DNA from: Dehalococcoidia bacterium
GTDB taxonomy: Bacteria > Chloroflexota > Dehalococcoidia > SM23-28-2 > HRBIN24
Assembly (NCBI GenBank): GCA_035574155.1
Contig: DATLZD010000045.1
Location: 741-64,740, forward strand
Length of the DNA: 64,000 nucleotides
Reading direction: 5' to 3'
Position 1 is the stretch's first letter; each line of letters starts with the position of its first letter. A program made the position numbers and the translations under genes. Below are positions 9,004 through 19,453 of this stretch, in pieces. The notes beneath the pieces are model-generated. The model did not search any database, had not been told where the DNA came from, and saw only the letters and a list, made by a program, of their open reading frames with translations.

Positions 9004-10749
9004 TCAGGGGGCCCGGCGGGACTCGGCTGTCAGCCTCGACACGACCTCGTCCAGCGGCAGGGTGCCCAGGTCCTCCCCGGAGCGGAGACGCACGGCCACG
9101 CCTGCGGCCTGGGCTTCACGGTCGCCCACGATAAGCATGTAGGGCACCTTTTGGAGCTGGGCGTCCCGGATCTTGGCCTGCATCCGCTCCTGGCGGTCGT
9201 CCACCTCCACCCGCAGGTCAGCCTCCTTCAGGCGCTGGGCAACCTGGCGGGCGTAGGGCAGGTGGCGGTCGGCTATGGGGATCACCACCGCCTGGACCGG
9301 GGCCAGCCAGAGGGGGAAGGCGCCGGCGTAATGCTCGATGAGCACGCCCAGGAAGCGCTCCATGGAGCCCAGCATGGCCCGGTGGACCATGTAGGGACGC
9401 TGGCGCGAGCCATCGGCCGCCACATAGGTCATGTCGAAGCGCTCGGGAAGGTTGAAGTCGAACTGGACGGTGGTGCACTGCCACTCGCGGCCGATGGCGT
9501 CCACCAGCTTGACATCGATCTTGGGGCCGTAGAAGACGGCACCCCCCTCGTCCACCTGATAGGCCAGGCCCCTGTCCTCCACCGCCCGCCGCAGGGTAGC
9601 CTCGGCCATCTGCCAGTCCTCCAGCGAGCCGGCATACTTGCCCTCGGCATCGCGGGTGGAGAGGTAGACCCTGAACTCGCGGAAGCCGAAGGCCTCGAAG
9701 AACAGGAGCATGAAGTCCAGGCATGCCTCTATCTCCTCCTGGACCTGGTCAGGCCGGCAGAAGATGTGGGCATCGTCCTGGGTGAATCCCCGCACGCGCA
9801 GCAGACCGTGCAGCACACCGGACCGTTCGTAGCGGTAGACGGTGCCCAGCTCCGCCAGGCGTATGGGCAGCTCACGGTAGCTGCGGACCCGCGACTTATA
9901 GATCTGGATATGAAAGGGGCAGTTCATGGGCTTCAGGTAATAGGCCTGCCCGTCCACGTCCATAGGCGAATACATATTCTCAGCGTAGAAGTCCAGGTGG
10001 CCCGAAATCTGCCAGAGGGTCGCGCGGCCGATGTGGGGGGTATAGACCAGCTCATAGCCGCGACGGAAATGCTCCCGCCGCCAGAAGTCCTCGATCACGG
10101 CCCGCACGCGGGCGCCCTTGGGATGCCAGTAGACCAGCCCCGGACCATACTCCTCGTGGAAGCTGAACAGGTCCAGCTCCCGGCCCAGGCGCCGGTGATC
10201 GCGGCGCTGGGCCTCCTCCAGTCGCCGCAGGTACTCCTCCAGCTCTTCCTGCGTCTCGAAGAGGGCGCCGTAGATGCGCTGGAGCATGGGACGCCGCTCG
10301 TCGCCGCGCCAATAGGCGCCCGCCACCGACAGCAGCTTGAAGGGCGGGACCTGGCCCGTCCGCTCCACATGTGGCCCCTGGCACAGGTCCACGAAGTCGC
10401 CGTGGCGGTAGAGGCTGACCCGGTCCCCCTCTATCTCGTCGATGAGCTCCAGCTTGTAGGTCTGGTCGGCGAACAGGCGGCGCGCCTCCTCCTTGGATAT
10501 CTCCTCGTGGATGAAGGGGACATCGGAGGCGACCCGCTCCCGCATCAGCTCCTCGATGCGCGGCAGGTCGTCCGGTGTGAGAGGGCGCGGCAGATCGAAA
10601 TCGTAGTAGAAGCCGGTGTCGATGGGGGGGCCGATGCCCAGTTTGGCCCCCGGGAAGAGCTTCAGCACCGCTTCGGCCATTATGTGGGCGGCCGAGTGGC
10701 GCATGCGATAGAGGCGCTCCTCCTTGGGCAGTCCCGCCAGCTCCGACAT
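9004..10749 (-). CDS. thrS: threonine--tRNA ligase (lacks the N-terminal TGS domain)
   Basis: RMRHSAAHIMAEAV...GPPIDTGFYYDFD, class II motifs and a C-terminal anticodon-binding domain. Start set at MSELAGL; the upstream ORF extension is low-complexity. Confidence 0.85.
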   Translation of the reverse strand: MSELAGLPKEERLYRMRHSAAHIMAEAVLKLFPGAKLGIGPPIDTGFYYDFDLPRPLTPDDLPRIEELMRERVASDVPFIHEEISKEEARRLFADQTYKLELIDEIEGDRVSLYRHGDFVDLCQGPHVERTGQVPPFKLLSVAGAYWRGDERRPMLQRIYGALFETQEELEEYLRRLEEAQRRDHRRLGRELDLFSFHEEYGPGLVYWHPKGARVRAVIEDFWRREHFRRGYELVYTPHIGRATLWQISGHLDFYAENMYSPMDVDGQAYYLKPMNCPFHIQIYKSRVRSYRELPIRLAELGTVYRYERSGVLHGLLRVRGFTQDDAHIFCRPDQVQEEIEACLDFMLLFFEAFGFREFRVYLSTRDAEGKYAGSLEDWQMAEATLRRAVEDRGLAYQVDEGGAVFYGPKIDVKLVDAIGREWQCTTVQFDFNLPERFDMTYVAADGSRQRPYMVHRAMLGSMERFLGVLIEHYAGAFPLWLAPVQAVVIPIADRHLPYARQVAQRLKEADLRVEVDDRQERMQAKIRDAQLQKVPYMLIVGDREAQAAGVAVRLRSGEDLGTLPLDEVVSRLTAESRRAP

Positions 10750-10766
10750 GGCTCTCCCGCAGCGGC

Positions 10767-11006
10767 CTAGCGGCCCAACGCTCGGCGCAGAAGCCTGCCC
10801 TGGACCACCACCAGGCCCAGGCCCAGGGCAGCAAGGGCTATCAGGACGCCCGTCAGGACCCAGTCGCCCTGGGCGGCGGCGAGGACGGCGAAGGCCAGGG
10901 CAATGGCCAGCATGGCCAGCGGCACTCCCACCAGCCACAGGCGCAGAAGCCTCACGCTGGGGGGTTCCCTGCCCGACGACGCCATCGCCTTCCCTGCCCG
11001 TCCCAC
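10767..11006 (-). CDS. small hypothetical membrane protein (two predicted TM helices)
   Basis: 79-aa ORF between tRNA-Val and thrS with hydrophobic segments LLRLWLVGVPLAMLAIALAFAVLAAA and VLIALAALGLGLVVV. Confidence 0.3.
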   Translation of the reverse strand: MGRAGKAMASSGREPPSVRLLRLWLVGVPLAMLAIALAFAVLAAAQGDWVLTGVLIALAALGLGLVVVQGRLLRRALGR

Positions 11007-11059
11007 AAACTCAGCGGGCCAGGGGCCACCGCCCTGGCCCGACGCTGCCTCTCCTGGCT

Positions 11060-11135
11060 GGTGGGCGGTAGAGGACTCGAACCTCTGACCTCAGCGATGT
11101 CAACGCTGCGCTCTGCCCACTGAGCTAACCGCCCA
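11060..11135 (-). tRNA. tRNA-Val (anticodon GAC), CCA encoded
   Basis: Reverse complement GGGCGGTTAGCTCAGTGGGCAGAGCGCAGCGTTGACATCGCTGAGGTCAGAGGTTCGAGTCCTCTACCGCCCACCA. A cloverleaf folds by hand with a 7-bp acceptor stem, GTTCGAGTC T-loop and anticodon loop TTGACAT. Confidence 0.85.
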
Positions 11136-11181
11136 CCCGAGGGGAATGGTAGCAACGGGCCGACGGGGCGGTCAAGGAGCG

Positions 11182-11634
11182 CTAGCCGCCCGCCAGCTCC
11201 CGCCGGTAGGCCTCCAGCGCCTGACGCACCGCCTCGTCGCCCAAGGAGAGGATGGAGGCGGCCAGGAGGGCGGCATTGCGGGCGCCATCGATACCCACAC
11301 AGGCCACCGGCACCCCCGGCGGCATCTGGACGATGGACAGGAGAGAGTCCAGCCCCTGGAGGGGCGACCTGGCGAGGGGCAAGCCGATGACGGGGAGGGT
11401 GGTCCAGGCGGCCACCACCCCCGGCAGGTGGGCGGCCATGCCGGCGGCGGCGATGATGACGCCGATGCCCCGCTCGCGGGCGCCCTGGGCAAACTGACGG
11501 ACCTTCTCCGGCGTGCGGTGGGCGGACATGGCGTGGACCTCGCACTCGATGCCCAGGCGCTCCAGCATCTTCTGGGCCTCTTCCACCTGGGGCAGGTCAG
11601 ACTGGGAACCGACGACGATGGCTACCTTGGCCAC
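11182..11634 (-). CDS. purE: N5-carboxyaminoimidazole ribonucleotide mutase
   Basis: [20 protein letters not shown]...[19 protein letters not shown]... GTG start with AGGAGG 6 nt upstream. The ORF extends further 5' as low-complexity sequence. Confidence 0.85.
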   Translation of the reverse strand: MAKVAIVVGSQSDLPQVEEAQKMLERLGIECEVHAMSAHRTPEKVRQFAQGARERGIGVIIAAAGMAAHLPGVVAAWTTLPVIGLPLARSPLQGLDSLLSIVQMPPGVPVACVGIDGARNAALLAASILSLGDEAVRQALEAYRRELAGG

Positions 11635-11815
11635 GCTGCTCCTCCTGTGTCCTGGACTTCGCTCCGTCCGACGTCCCGTCCCCCGTACGGTCCCGGCCTT
11701 GGGAGCAGATATTGGTGGCTCCCGGCCCTCAGGCCTGGCCGAAGGCGCGCAGGGGCCGCTGAGGCCGATTGTAGCTGGGCCGCGCCCGATGGTCACGCAG
11801 GCGGGGCCCGCCCCG

Positions 11816-13096
11816 TTACTGGACCTTGGCGTCCTGGGCAGGGGCAGCGATGTCGCGCCGGTAATGGGCACGGGTGAAGTGGATGTGCTGGACGGCGCGA
11901 TAGGCCTTGGCCCGGGCCTCCGTCAGGGTGGGGGCCACCGCCACCACCGTCAGCACCCGGCCCCCGGCCGTGACCACCGTCCCATCGTCGCGCAGGGCGG
12001 TGCCGGCGTGGAACACCAGCACGTCGTCCTCCACCGATCCCAGGCCGTAGATGGGGTAACCGGTGCGGTACTCGTCGGGGTAGCCTCCGGAGGCCATCAC
12101 CACCCCCACGCAGGCCTCGGTGGACCACTCCACCGCTACCTCGTGTAGGCGGCCGTTGGCCACGGCCCAGGCGATCTTCAGCAGGTCGCTCTTCAGGCGC
12201 GGCAGCAGGACCTGCGTCTCCGGGTCGCCGAAGCGGCAGTTGAACTCCAGCACCAGCGGCCCCCGGTCGGTGACCATCAGGCCAGGGTAGAGGACGCCGC
12301 GGTAGTCGATCCCCTCGGCGGCCAGGGCCCGCACCGCCGCCTCCGTCACTTGCTGGTGGACGAAGCGCTCGGTCGGCTCGTCGAGCCAGAGGGCAGGGCT
12401 GTAGGCACCCATGCCGCCGGTGTTGGGGCCCTGGTCGCCGTCCAGCGCCCGCTTGTAGTCGCAGGCGAAGGGCATGGGCACCACCGTGCGGCCGTCGGTG
12501 AAGGCGTGGGCCGACACCTCTCGCCCGCTCAGCTTCTCCTCCACCACCACCGTCCGCCCAGCCGGGCCCAGTGCCTCGTCCACCATCAGCCGGTCGATGA
12601 TGTCCAGCGCCTCCTCCTTGGACTGGCAGACGAAGGCGCCCTTGCCCCCGGCCAGGCCATCGGCCTTCACCACCGGCGGTCCCGACAGGGACATGACGTA
12701 GTCCCGGGCATCGGTGCGGGACGTGAAGATGGCGAAGGCTGGGTGGGGTATGCCATGGCGGGCGGCCAGCTCCCGCGCCCAGGCCTTGGAGGCCTCAATG
12801 CGCGCGCCGGCCTGCCTGGGCCCGAAGACGGCGATGCCCTCGGCCTCCAGGCGGTCGGCCAGGCCCCGTGCCAGCGGCTCCTCGGGCCCCACCACCACCA
12901 GCTCCACCCGGTGCTCCCTGGCCGCCGCCACCAGACCCTCGACGTCGTTGGCCCTGATGTCGAGGTTGGTAGCGATGGCGGCGGTGCCGGCGTTGCCTGG
13001 GGCCACCAACAGCTCGCCCAGGCTGGACGACTGGCGCAGCTTCCAGGCGATGGCGTGCTCGCGGCCGCCACCGCCTACCACCAGGACCCGCCTCAC
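11816..13096 (-). CDS. purD: phosphoribosylamine--glycine ligase
   Basis: [18 protein letters not shown]..., ATP-grasp domain, about 427 aa from the GTG at 13096. Confidence 0.85.
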   Translation of the reverse strand: MRRVLVVGGGGREHAIAWKLRQSSSLGELLVAPGNAGTAAIATNLDIRANDVEGLVAAAREHRVELVVVGPEEPLARGLADRLEAEGIAVFGPRQAGARIEASKAWARELAARHGIPHPAFAIFTSRTDARDYVMSLSGPPVVKADGLAGGKGAFVCQSKEEALDIIDRLMVDEALGPAGRTVVVEEKLSGREVSAHAFTDGRTVVPMPFACDYKRALDGDQGPNTGGMGAYSPALWLDEPTERFVHQQVTEAAVRALAAEGIDYRGVLYPGLMVTDRGPLVLEFNCRFGDPETQVLLPRLKSDLLKIAWAVANGRLHEVAVEWSTEACVGVVMASGGYPDEYRTGYPIYGLGSVEDDVLVFHAGTALRDDGTVVTAGGRVLTVVAVAPTLTEARAKAYRAVQHIHFTRAHYRRDIAAPAQDAKVQ

Positions 13097-13632
13097 GGTG
13101 CCCTGCGCACCTCCGCCGTCACCGGAATGGGATGGCTGAGGGCAAAGACGGCCGGGCAGCGGGCCAACGCCTCCTGCCGTGCCGCTTCCAGCTCCTCGGG
13201 CGAGGCATCGGTGTCGGCCTCGATGGCGAAGGCCACCCCCTGGACCGCAGGCGCCTCGGATACGCCGAAGACGCGGCCGAAGTCCAACTGGCACTCGCCG
13301 CTGGCCCTCAGGCCGCGGAGCTGGATGCCCCTGGCCGAGGCAGCGGTGACGAAGGTGGCCGTAAAGCAGGAGAGCAGTCCCAGCACGCACAGGTGCAGCG
13401 GCCCCGGCTGCGACCCCTTGCCGCCCATGAAGGTGGGCGAGTCCAGCTCCAGCCTCAGCTCCCCGTTCTCATACCTGGCCACCACGGTCATCTGCGGCCC
13501 CGCAGGGTCGGGATGCCACTCCAGTTCGCCCCGGTTGACACGCCGCCCGCGGGCGGGGTCGCGGGCGATGGCGTCCGCCTCCCGGGCGACGGCGTCCAGG
13601 TCCACGTTGTTGACGACAGCCACGGTCTCCAC
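13093..13632 (-). CDS. OsmC/Ohr family protein
   Basis: GSQPGPLHLCVLGLLSCFTATFVTAA and ...ARCPAVFAL, the conserved two-Cys pattern of the OsmC family. Confidence 0.65.
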   Translation of the reverse strand: METVAVVNNVDLDAVAREADAIARDPARGRRVNRGELEWHPDPAGPQMTVVARYENGELRLELDSPTFMGGKGSQPGPLHLCVLGLLSCFTATFVTAASARGIQLRGLRASGECQLDFGRVFGVSEAPAVQGVAFAIEADTDASPEELEAARQEALARCPAVFALSHPIPVTAEVRRAP

Positions 13633-13641
13633 CTCCAGGGC

Positions 13642-13977
13642 CTATTGTAGGCCGCGGCGGCGCCTACGGGCATGCCGCCGAGACGGTCCCTCGGCCAGGG
13701 CAGCATGGTAGGCAGCCTCAGCCAGGCCAGCCACCTCGGCCTGACCGAGGCCTGTCGGCAGGGACGCCCACTGTCCGAAGGGGACGCCCGGCCGCAGCAT
13801 GAAGGGCTCCCCGCCCGCTGCCAGCAGCCGCCCGTATTCCGGGCCGGGTAGCCGCAGGAAGAGGCGGTCGCCGGCCAGGAAGGCGAACATGCGGCCGTTG
13901 GGGGCGAAGAAGCAGTCGGCCCCGAACATCCGCCGCACGTAGACTCCCCGGAGGGATGGGGGCGGGAACGCGACCAT
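13642..13977 (-). CDS. TfoX N-terminal domain-like hypothetical protein
   Basis: MFGADCFFAPNGRMFAFLAGDRLFLRL resembles the TfoX_N fold. Confidence 0.35.
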   Translation of the reverse strand: MVAFPPPSLRGVYVRRMFGADCFFAPNGRMFAFLAGDRLFLRLPGPEYGRLLAAGGEPFMLRPGVPFGQWASLPTGLGQAEVAGLAEAAYHAALAEGPSRRHARRRRRGLQ

Positions 13978-14108
13978 GAACAGCTACTCGGGTCCCGGAC
14001 GACGGACACTGGAAACGCAGCTGCAGGTCTTCAGACCTGCTCCTAGACAGCCCCTCGGCACCCCCACCGTCGAGGCGGCAGAGGTCCATGAACGCGAACG
14101 GCCTGCCC

Positions 14109-15776
14109 TCACTCCCATTCTATGGTGCCGGGGGGCTTGGAGGTGATGTCGTAGACGACGCGGTTCACCCCCGGCACCTCGTTGACGATGCGCGAGGATA
14201 TGCGAGCCAGCACGTCGTAGGGCAACCGTGCCCAGTCGGCCGTCATGGCATCCTCGGCCGTTACCGCCCGCACCGCCACCACGTAGCCGTAGGTCCGGTA
14301 GTCGCCCATGACCCCCACCGAGCGGGTGTCCGTCAGCACGGCGAAGGACTGCCACAACTGCCGGTAGAGGCCGGCCCGCTTTATCTCGTCCATGACGATC
14401 CAGTCGCAGGCCCGCAGCAGCTCCAGCTTCTCCTCGGTTACCTCGCCTATGACGCGGATGGCCAGGCCCGGGCCCGGGAAGGGCTGACGGTAGACCATCT
14501 CCTCGGGCAGCCCCAGCTCCAGGCCCACCCGTCGCACCTCGTCCTTGAACAGGTAGCGCAGCGGCTCCAGCAGGCGGAAGCTCATCTCCTTGGGCAGGCC
14601 GCCCACGTTGTGGTGGGTCTTGATCTTGGCGGCGGTGCCGGAGCCAGCGGCGCTCTCGATGACGTCGGGGTAGGTGGTGCCCTGGGCGATGAACTCGAAG
14701 TCGCCCAGCTTGCCCGCCTCGGCCTCGAACACGCGGATGAACGTCTCGCCAATGACCTTTCGCTTCTCCTCCGGGTCCGTCACCCCCCGCAGCCGCTCCA
14801 GGAAGGTGCGCGAGGCGTCCACATAGACTAGGGGGATGCCCAGGTGACGGCGGAAGGCGTCCTGCACCCGCTCCGGCTCCTCCCGTCGCAGGAGGCCGTT
14901 GTTGACGAAGATGCAGGTGAGCTGGTCGCCCACCGCCCGGTGCACCAGGGCGGCCGTCACGGCCGAGTCGACCCCGCCCGAGAGGGCACAGAGGACGCGG
15001 CTGTCGCCCACCGTCTCGCGGATACGCTCCACCGCCTCGGCAATGAAGTTGCCCGGCGTCCAGTCGCCCCGGCAACCGCACACCCGGTAGAGGAAGTTGC
15101 GGATGATGTCCCTCCCAAGGGGCGTGTGGACCACCTCCGGGTGGAACTGGAGCCCGAACAGGCGGGAGTCATCGGCCATCACGGCCACGGGCGAGTTGTC
15201 CGAGTGGGCCAGGGCACGGAAGCCGGGCGGCAGCTCCGTCACCTGGTCACCGTGGGACATCCACACGGGGAAGGAGGGGGGCAGGCCGGCGAAGAGGGGC
15301 GAGGAGGCATCGTCCACCTGCAGCATGGCCAGGCCATACTCCCGACGCTGGGAGGGTGCCACACGTCCCCCCAACTGGTGGGCCAGGAGCTGCATGCCAT
15401 AGCAGATGCCGAGGACCGGCAGGCCCGAGGCGAAGACGTAGTGGGGTGCCAGCGGGGCACCCTCATCGTAGACCGATGCCGGGCCGCCTGAGAGGATGAA
15501 GCCCCGCGGTGACAGGCGCCGCACCTCTTCCCAGGGCGTGTCCGGCGGCACCAGCTCGCAGTAGACGTTGCACTCCCGCACCCTGCGGGCGATGAGCATG
15601 CTATACTGGGAGCCGAAGTCCAGAACGACCACCGTCTCGGGCTGCCGTCGTCGCTCGGTGGGCACAGGAGCCGGCGCATGGCCCTCCCGCTGCCGGGCGA
15701 TCTCCAGATAGACGGAGACCTCCACGTCATCGGAGGCGGACAGGCGGTGACTGGTGGGCGGGCCTGGTCGGGTCAT
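14109..15776 (-). CDS. guaA: GMP synthase (glutamine-hydrolysing)
   Basis: GATase [20 protein letters not shown], the ATP-PPase motif SGGVDSAV, and the C-terminal ...KPPGTIEWE. The N-terminal start is uncertain. Confidence 0.9.
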   Translation of the reverse strand: MTRPGPPTSHRLSASDDVEVSVYLEIARQREGHAPAPVPTERRRQPETVVVLDFGSQYSMLIARRVRECNVYCELVPPDTPWEEVRRLSPRGFILSGGPASVYDEGAPLAPHYVFASGLPVLGICYGMQLLAHQLGGRVAPSQRREYGLAMLQVDDASSPLFAGLPPSFPVWMSHGDQVTELPPGFRALAHSDNSPVAVMADDSRLFGLQFHPEVVHTPLGRDIIRNFLYRVCGCRGDWTPGNFIAEAVERIRETVGDSRVLCALSGGVDSAVTAALVHRAVGDQLTCIFVNNGLLRREEPERVQDAFRRHLGIPLVYVDASRTFLERLRGVTDPEEKRKVIGETFIRVFEAEAGKLGDFEFIAQGTTYPDVIESAAGSGTAAKIKTHHNVGGLPKEMSFRLLEPLRYLFKDEVRRVGLELGLPEEMVYRQPFPGPGLAIRVIGEVTEEKLELLRACDWIVMDEIKRAGLYRQLWQSFAVLTDTRSVGVMGDYRTYGYVVAVRAVTAEDAMTADWARLPYDVLARISSRIVNEVPGVNRVVYDITSKPPGTIEWE

Positions 15777-15862
15777 GGCGGCTCGTTCGGTTCCCATGCT
15801 AGCGGCGTCGGCACAACCTGTCAATCAGCAAAACTGGTTAACAGTAATGCCAGCCCCTTTGG

Positions 15863-18241
15863 GTGCCCGTGATGGCGTCGCGTAGGCTAAGGGGGGCCGC
15901 CCTGCTGGCTGCCGTGGGGGTAGGGGCGGCAGCCCTGGCCTATCGCCTTCTGAGGGGGCGCCAGCCGACGGGACGACGCCGGCTGAGGCTGGTAGGCCTG
16001 CGGGAAGAGGTGGAGGTACTGCGCGACCGCTGGGGCGTGCCCCACATCTATGCCCGCAACCTATGGGACCTCTTTTTCGCCCTGGGCTACGTGCAGGCCC
16101 AGGACCGCCTCTGGCAGCTGGACTTCTACCGGCGTCTGGCCACCGGCACCTTGGCCGAGGTCATGGGCGAGGCGGCGCTGGAATACGACCGCCTGATGCG
16201 GCGCGTGGGCATCGGACGGGTGGCCAGCCGCGATGTGGACCGCCTCGGGCCCCAGGTGAGGGAGGCCATGGAGGCCTTCGCCGGCGGGGTCAATGCCTGG
16301 CTGGCCTCGGGCACCTTGCCTGTGGAGTGCCTGCTGTTGCGCTACCGCCCTCAGCCCTGGCAGGTGTCCGACTCCACCGCCATAGGCCGCTTCGTGGCCT
16401 GGACCCTCTCCGGTAACTGGGACCGGGAAGTCCTGCGGGCCTGGCTGCTCGAGCGCTTCGGCCCAGAGACGCTGGCCGAGCTGGAGCCGCAGTATCCCCT
16501 GGGCAAGCCGCTGGTCCTGCCCCCTGGGGGCTCGTCGCGGTCGCAGGGCCCCGACCTGCGAGGGGAGTTCCGCGACCTGGCGCTGGCGGTGGTCCGCGGC
16601 GGCCTCAGCAACAACTGGGTGGTGGACGGGGCCAAGTCGGTAACGGGAAGGCCGTTGCTGGCCAACGACCCTCACCTGCCGCTGGGCATCCCCTGCATCT
16701 GGTATGAGGCCCACCTGGAGGCCCCCGGGCTGCGGGCCGCAGGGGTGTGCCTGCCGGGGGTGCCGGCCATCATCATCGGCCACAACCAGCGCATCGCCTG
16801 GGGCGTCACCGCGGCCATGGTGGACCAGGACGACCTGTACATCGAGCGGCTGGACCCATCGGATCCGTCCCGTTACCTGTTCCAGGGGCGTTGGGAGCAG
16901 GGGGAGGTGGTGCGGGAGGAGATCCGCGTCCGGGGGCGTCAGGAGCCGGTGGTGGAGGAGGTGCTGGTCACCCGCCACGGTCCCGTAATCAGCCCCTGCC
17001 TGCCGGGGGTGGACCAGCCCCTGGCCCTGCGCAGCGTGTGCCTGGAGGAAAGGGACTTCGCCGGGGGGCTTATGGCCCTGATGCAGGCCCAGGACTGGGA
17101 CGGGTTCCGCGCCGCCCTCAAGGGCTGGGTCTCCAGCGTCCTCAACTTCGTCTACGCGGACGTGGACGGCAACATCGGCTACCAGATGGCCGGGCTGGTG
17201 CCGGTGCGCAGGAAGGGCCTGGGGCTGGCACCGGTGCCGGGCTGGACCGGCGAGTACGAATGGGAGGGATATGTGCCCTTCGAGGAGCTGCCCCACAGCT
17301 TCAATCCTCCCTCCCACTGGTTAGCCACGGCCAACAACAAGGTGGTGGACGACGATTACCCTCACTTCCTCAGCGCCGAGTATGTGGACAGCCCCCGCAT
17401 CGAGCGCATCGTGCAGGTGCTGACGTCGCGGCAGGCCCTCTCCAGGGACGACTTCCGGGCCCTCCAGACCGACCTACAGTCGCTGCCGGGGCAGGAGCTG
17501 GCCCGGATCATCCTGTCCTTGGAGCCCAGGGACCCGTGGGCCCGTAGGGCACAGACCTTCGTGGGGGCGTGGGACGGTTCCCTGCACCCCGAGAGCATCG
17601 CTGCTGCCATCGTGGAGGCCTTCTTCGTCCACCTGGTGAGGCGAGCGCTGGAGGAGAAGGTGGGGGCCATGGCCGACTTCCTGCTGGGGCGCCCCATTCA
17701 CCCCATACGGGACGCCGGACACTTCTTCATCGATGCGGCCTCATGGCTCCTGCGCAAGATGGAGGAGCGGCCCGACTGGTTCCCCGGGCGCACCTGGCGG
17801 GAGGTGGCCGAGCAGGCGCTGGTGGACGCCGTCCGGGACCTGCGCCGCCGCCTGGGCGAGGACATGACGCGCTGGCAGTGGGGACGCCTCCACCGCATCG
17901 TGCTGCGACATCCCCTGGGTCAGGTGCGCGCCCTCGCCCCCATCTTCAATCGCGGCCCTTATCCGGTGGGCGGCGACGCCAACACCGTGGCCCAGGCCGC
18001 CTACCTGCCCTACGATGGCTACGAGGTGGTCAGCTTCGCGGCCTCCTGGCGCATGATCATCGACCTGGCCGACTTCAACCGCAGTCTGGGAGTCATACCC
18101 GGAGGGCAGTCGGGCAACCCGGCCAGTCGCCATTACACCGACCAGTTGCAGCTCTGGCTGCAGGGCGAATACCACCCCATGCCCTGGGACCGGGAGCAGG
18201 TGGAGAAGCACCTGGAGGCCCGGCTGGAGCTGGCCCCCTGA
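15863..18241 (+). CDS. penicillin amidase (S45) family Ntn-hydrolase, secreted or membrane-anchored
   Basis: N-terminal hydrophobic segment. Hallmark GGLSNNWVVDG nucleophile Ser at the start of the beta subunit. 792 aa. Confidence 0.8.
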   Translation: MPVMASRRLRGAALLAAVGVGAAALAYRLLRGRQPTGRRRLRLVGLREEVEVLRDRWGVPHIYARNLWDLFFALGYVQAQDRLWQLDFYRRLATGTLAEVMGEAALEYDRLMRRVGIGRVASRDVDRLGPQVREAMEAFAGGVNAWLASGTLPVECLLLRYRPQPWQVSDSTAIGRFVAWTLSGNWDREVLRAWLLERFGPETLAELEPQYPLGKPLVLPPGGSSRSQGPDLRGEFRDLALAVVRGGLSNNWVVDGAKSVTGRPLLANDPHLPLGIPCIWYEAHLEAPGLRAAGVCLPGVPAIIIGHNQRIAWGVTAAMVDQDDLYIERLDPSDPSRYLFQGRWEQGEVVREEIRVRGRQEPVVEEVLVTRHGPVISPCLPGVDQPLALRSVCLEERDFAGGLMALMQAQDWDGFRAALKGWVSSVLNFVYADVDGNIGYQMAGLVPVRRKGLGLAPVPGWTGEYEWEGYVPFEELPHSFNPPSHWLATANNKVVDDDYPHFLSAEYVDSPRIERIVQVLTSRQALSRDDFRALQTDLQSLPGQELARIILSLEPRDPWARRAQTFVGAWDGSLHPESIAAAIVEAFFVHLVRRALEEKVGAMADFLLGRPIHPIRDAGHFFIDAASWLLRKMEERPDWFPGRTWREVAEQALVDAVRDLRRRLGEDMTRWQWGRLHRIVLRHPLGQVRALAPIFNRGPYPVGGDANTVAQAAYLPYDGYEVVSFAASWRMIIDLADFNRSLGVIPGGQSGNPASRHYTDQLQLWLQGEYHPMPWDREQVEKHLEARLELAP

Positions 18242-18268
18242 CCGTTCACACCCCGGACGGAGGAGGAC

Positions 18269-19453
18269 GTGGCCAAGAAGAGCGTGCGCGAGGTAGACGT
18301 GCGCGGCAAGCGCGTGCTGGTCAGGGTGGACTTCAACGTCCCCCTGGACCCTTCGACCCGGCGGGTGCTGGACGACTCCCGCATCCGGGCCTCCCTGCCC
18401 ACCATCCGCCACCTGCAGGAGCGGGGGGCGAGCATCGTCCTATGTTCCCACCTGGGAAGGCCCAAGGGCCGTGATGCGGCCCTGAGCCTGGCGCCGGTGG
18501 CCCAGCGCCTGGCCGAGCTGCTGGGACAGCCGGTGGCCATGGCCCCGTGCTGCGTGGGCCCGGAGGTGGAGGCGATGGTCGGCTCCCTCGAGCCAGGCGG
18601 TGTGCTCCTGCTGGAGAACGTGCGCTTTCATCCCCAGGAGGAGGACAACGACCCCGAATACGCGCGTGCCCTGGCCCGCCTGGCCGACATATTCGTCAAC
18701 GATGCCTTCGCTGCCGCCCATCGCGCCCACGCGTCGACTGCCGGCGTCGCCTCCTACCTGCCGGCGGTGGCGGGGCTGCTCATGGAGCGGGAGATAGCCC
18801 ACCTGTCGCGGGCCCTGGAGCCGGAGCGCCCCTATGCTGCCGTCATCGGGGGGGCGAAGGTCAGCACCAAGATAGGCGTGCTGCATAACCTGCTGCGGCG
18901 GGCCGATCGCCTCCTGCTGGGTGGCGGCATGGCCAACACCTTCCTCAAGGCGGAGGGGTTCGACGTGGCCGCCTCCCTGGTGGAGGACGATTACCTGGAC
19001 GAGGCGCGGCGCATCATGGCCGAGGCCCGTGAACGGGGCGTCCGCCTCCTCCTGCCCAGCGACGTGGTGGTGGCGGACCGGGTGGCCGCCGACGCCCAGA
19101 CCCGCCGCGTATCGGTGAAGGACGTGCCGACGGGCTGGCACATCGTGGACATCGGCGATACCACCCTGGAGGTCTTCGCCCGTGCCCTCGAGGACTGCCG
19201 GACGGTGGTCTGGAACGGGCCCATGGGCATCATGGAGCTGGAGCCCTTCGCTCGCGGCTCGCGGCGCCTGGCAGGGGTCATCGCCGGCCTGCGGAATGCA
19301 GTAACCATCGTCGGGGGTGGCGAGACAGCGGCCGTGGTGGAGTCGCTGGGCCTCGCCGACCGCTTCACCCATGTCTCCACCGGGGGCGGCGCCACCCTGG
19401 AGTTCCTGGAAGGCAAAGAGCTGCCGGGCATCGCCGTCCTGGCGGATGCCTGA
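18269..19453 (+). CDS. pgk: phosphoglycerate kinase
   Basis: VLVRVDFNVPLD...LENVRFH...GGGASL... classic PGK motifs. Confidence 0.95.
   Translation: MAKKSVREVDVRGKRVLVRVDFNVPLDPSTRRVLDDSRIRASLPTIRHLQERGASIVLCSHLGRPKGRDAALSLAPVAQRLAELLGQPVAMAPCCVGPEVEAMVGSLEPGGVLLLENVRFHPQEEDNDPEYARALARLADIFVNDAFAAAHRAHASTAGVASYLPAVAGLLMEREIAHLSRALEPERPYAAVIGGAKVSTKIGVLHNLLRRADRLLLGGGMANTFLKAEGFDVAASLVEDDYLDEARRIMAEARERGVRLLLPSDVVVADRVAADAQTRRVSVKDVPTGWHIVDIGDTTLEVFARALEDCRTVVWNGPMGIMELEPFARGSRRLAGVIAGLRNAVTIVGGGETAAVVESLGLADRFTHVSTGGGATLEFLEGKELPGIAVLADA

Noticed and set aside
9151-10770. 539-aa plus-strand ORF
   Set aside because: Antisense to thrS, with no conserved motifs. A high-GC frame artefact.
12350-13711. 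453-aa plus-strand ORF
   Set aside because: Antisense to purD and the OsmC gene. Low-complexity, no motifs.
16061-17317. 418-aa minus-strand ORF
   Set aside because: Antisense to the penicillin-amidase-family gene, which has clear catalytic motifs. Low-complexity product.
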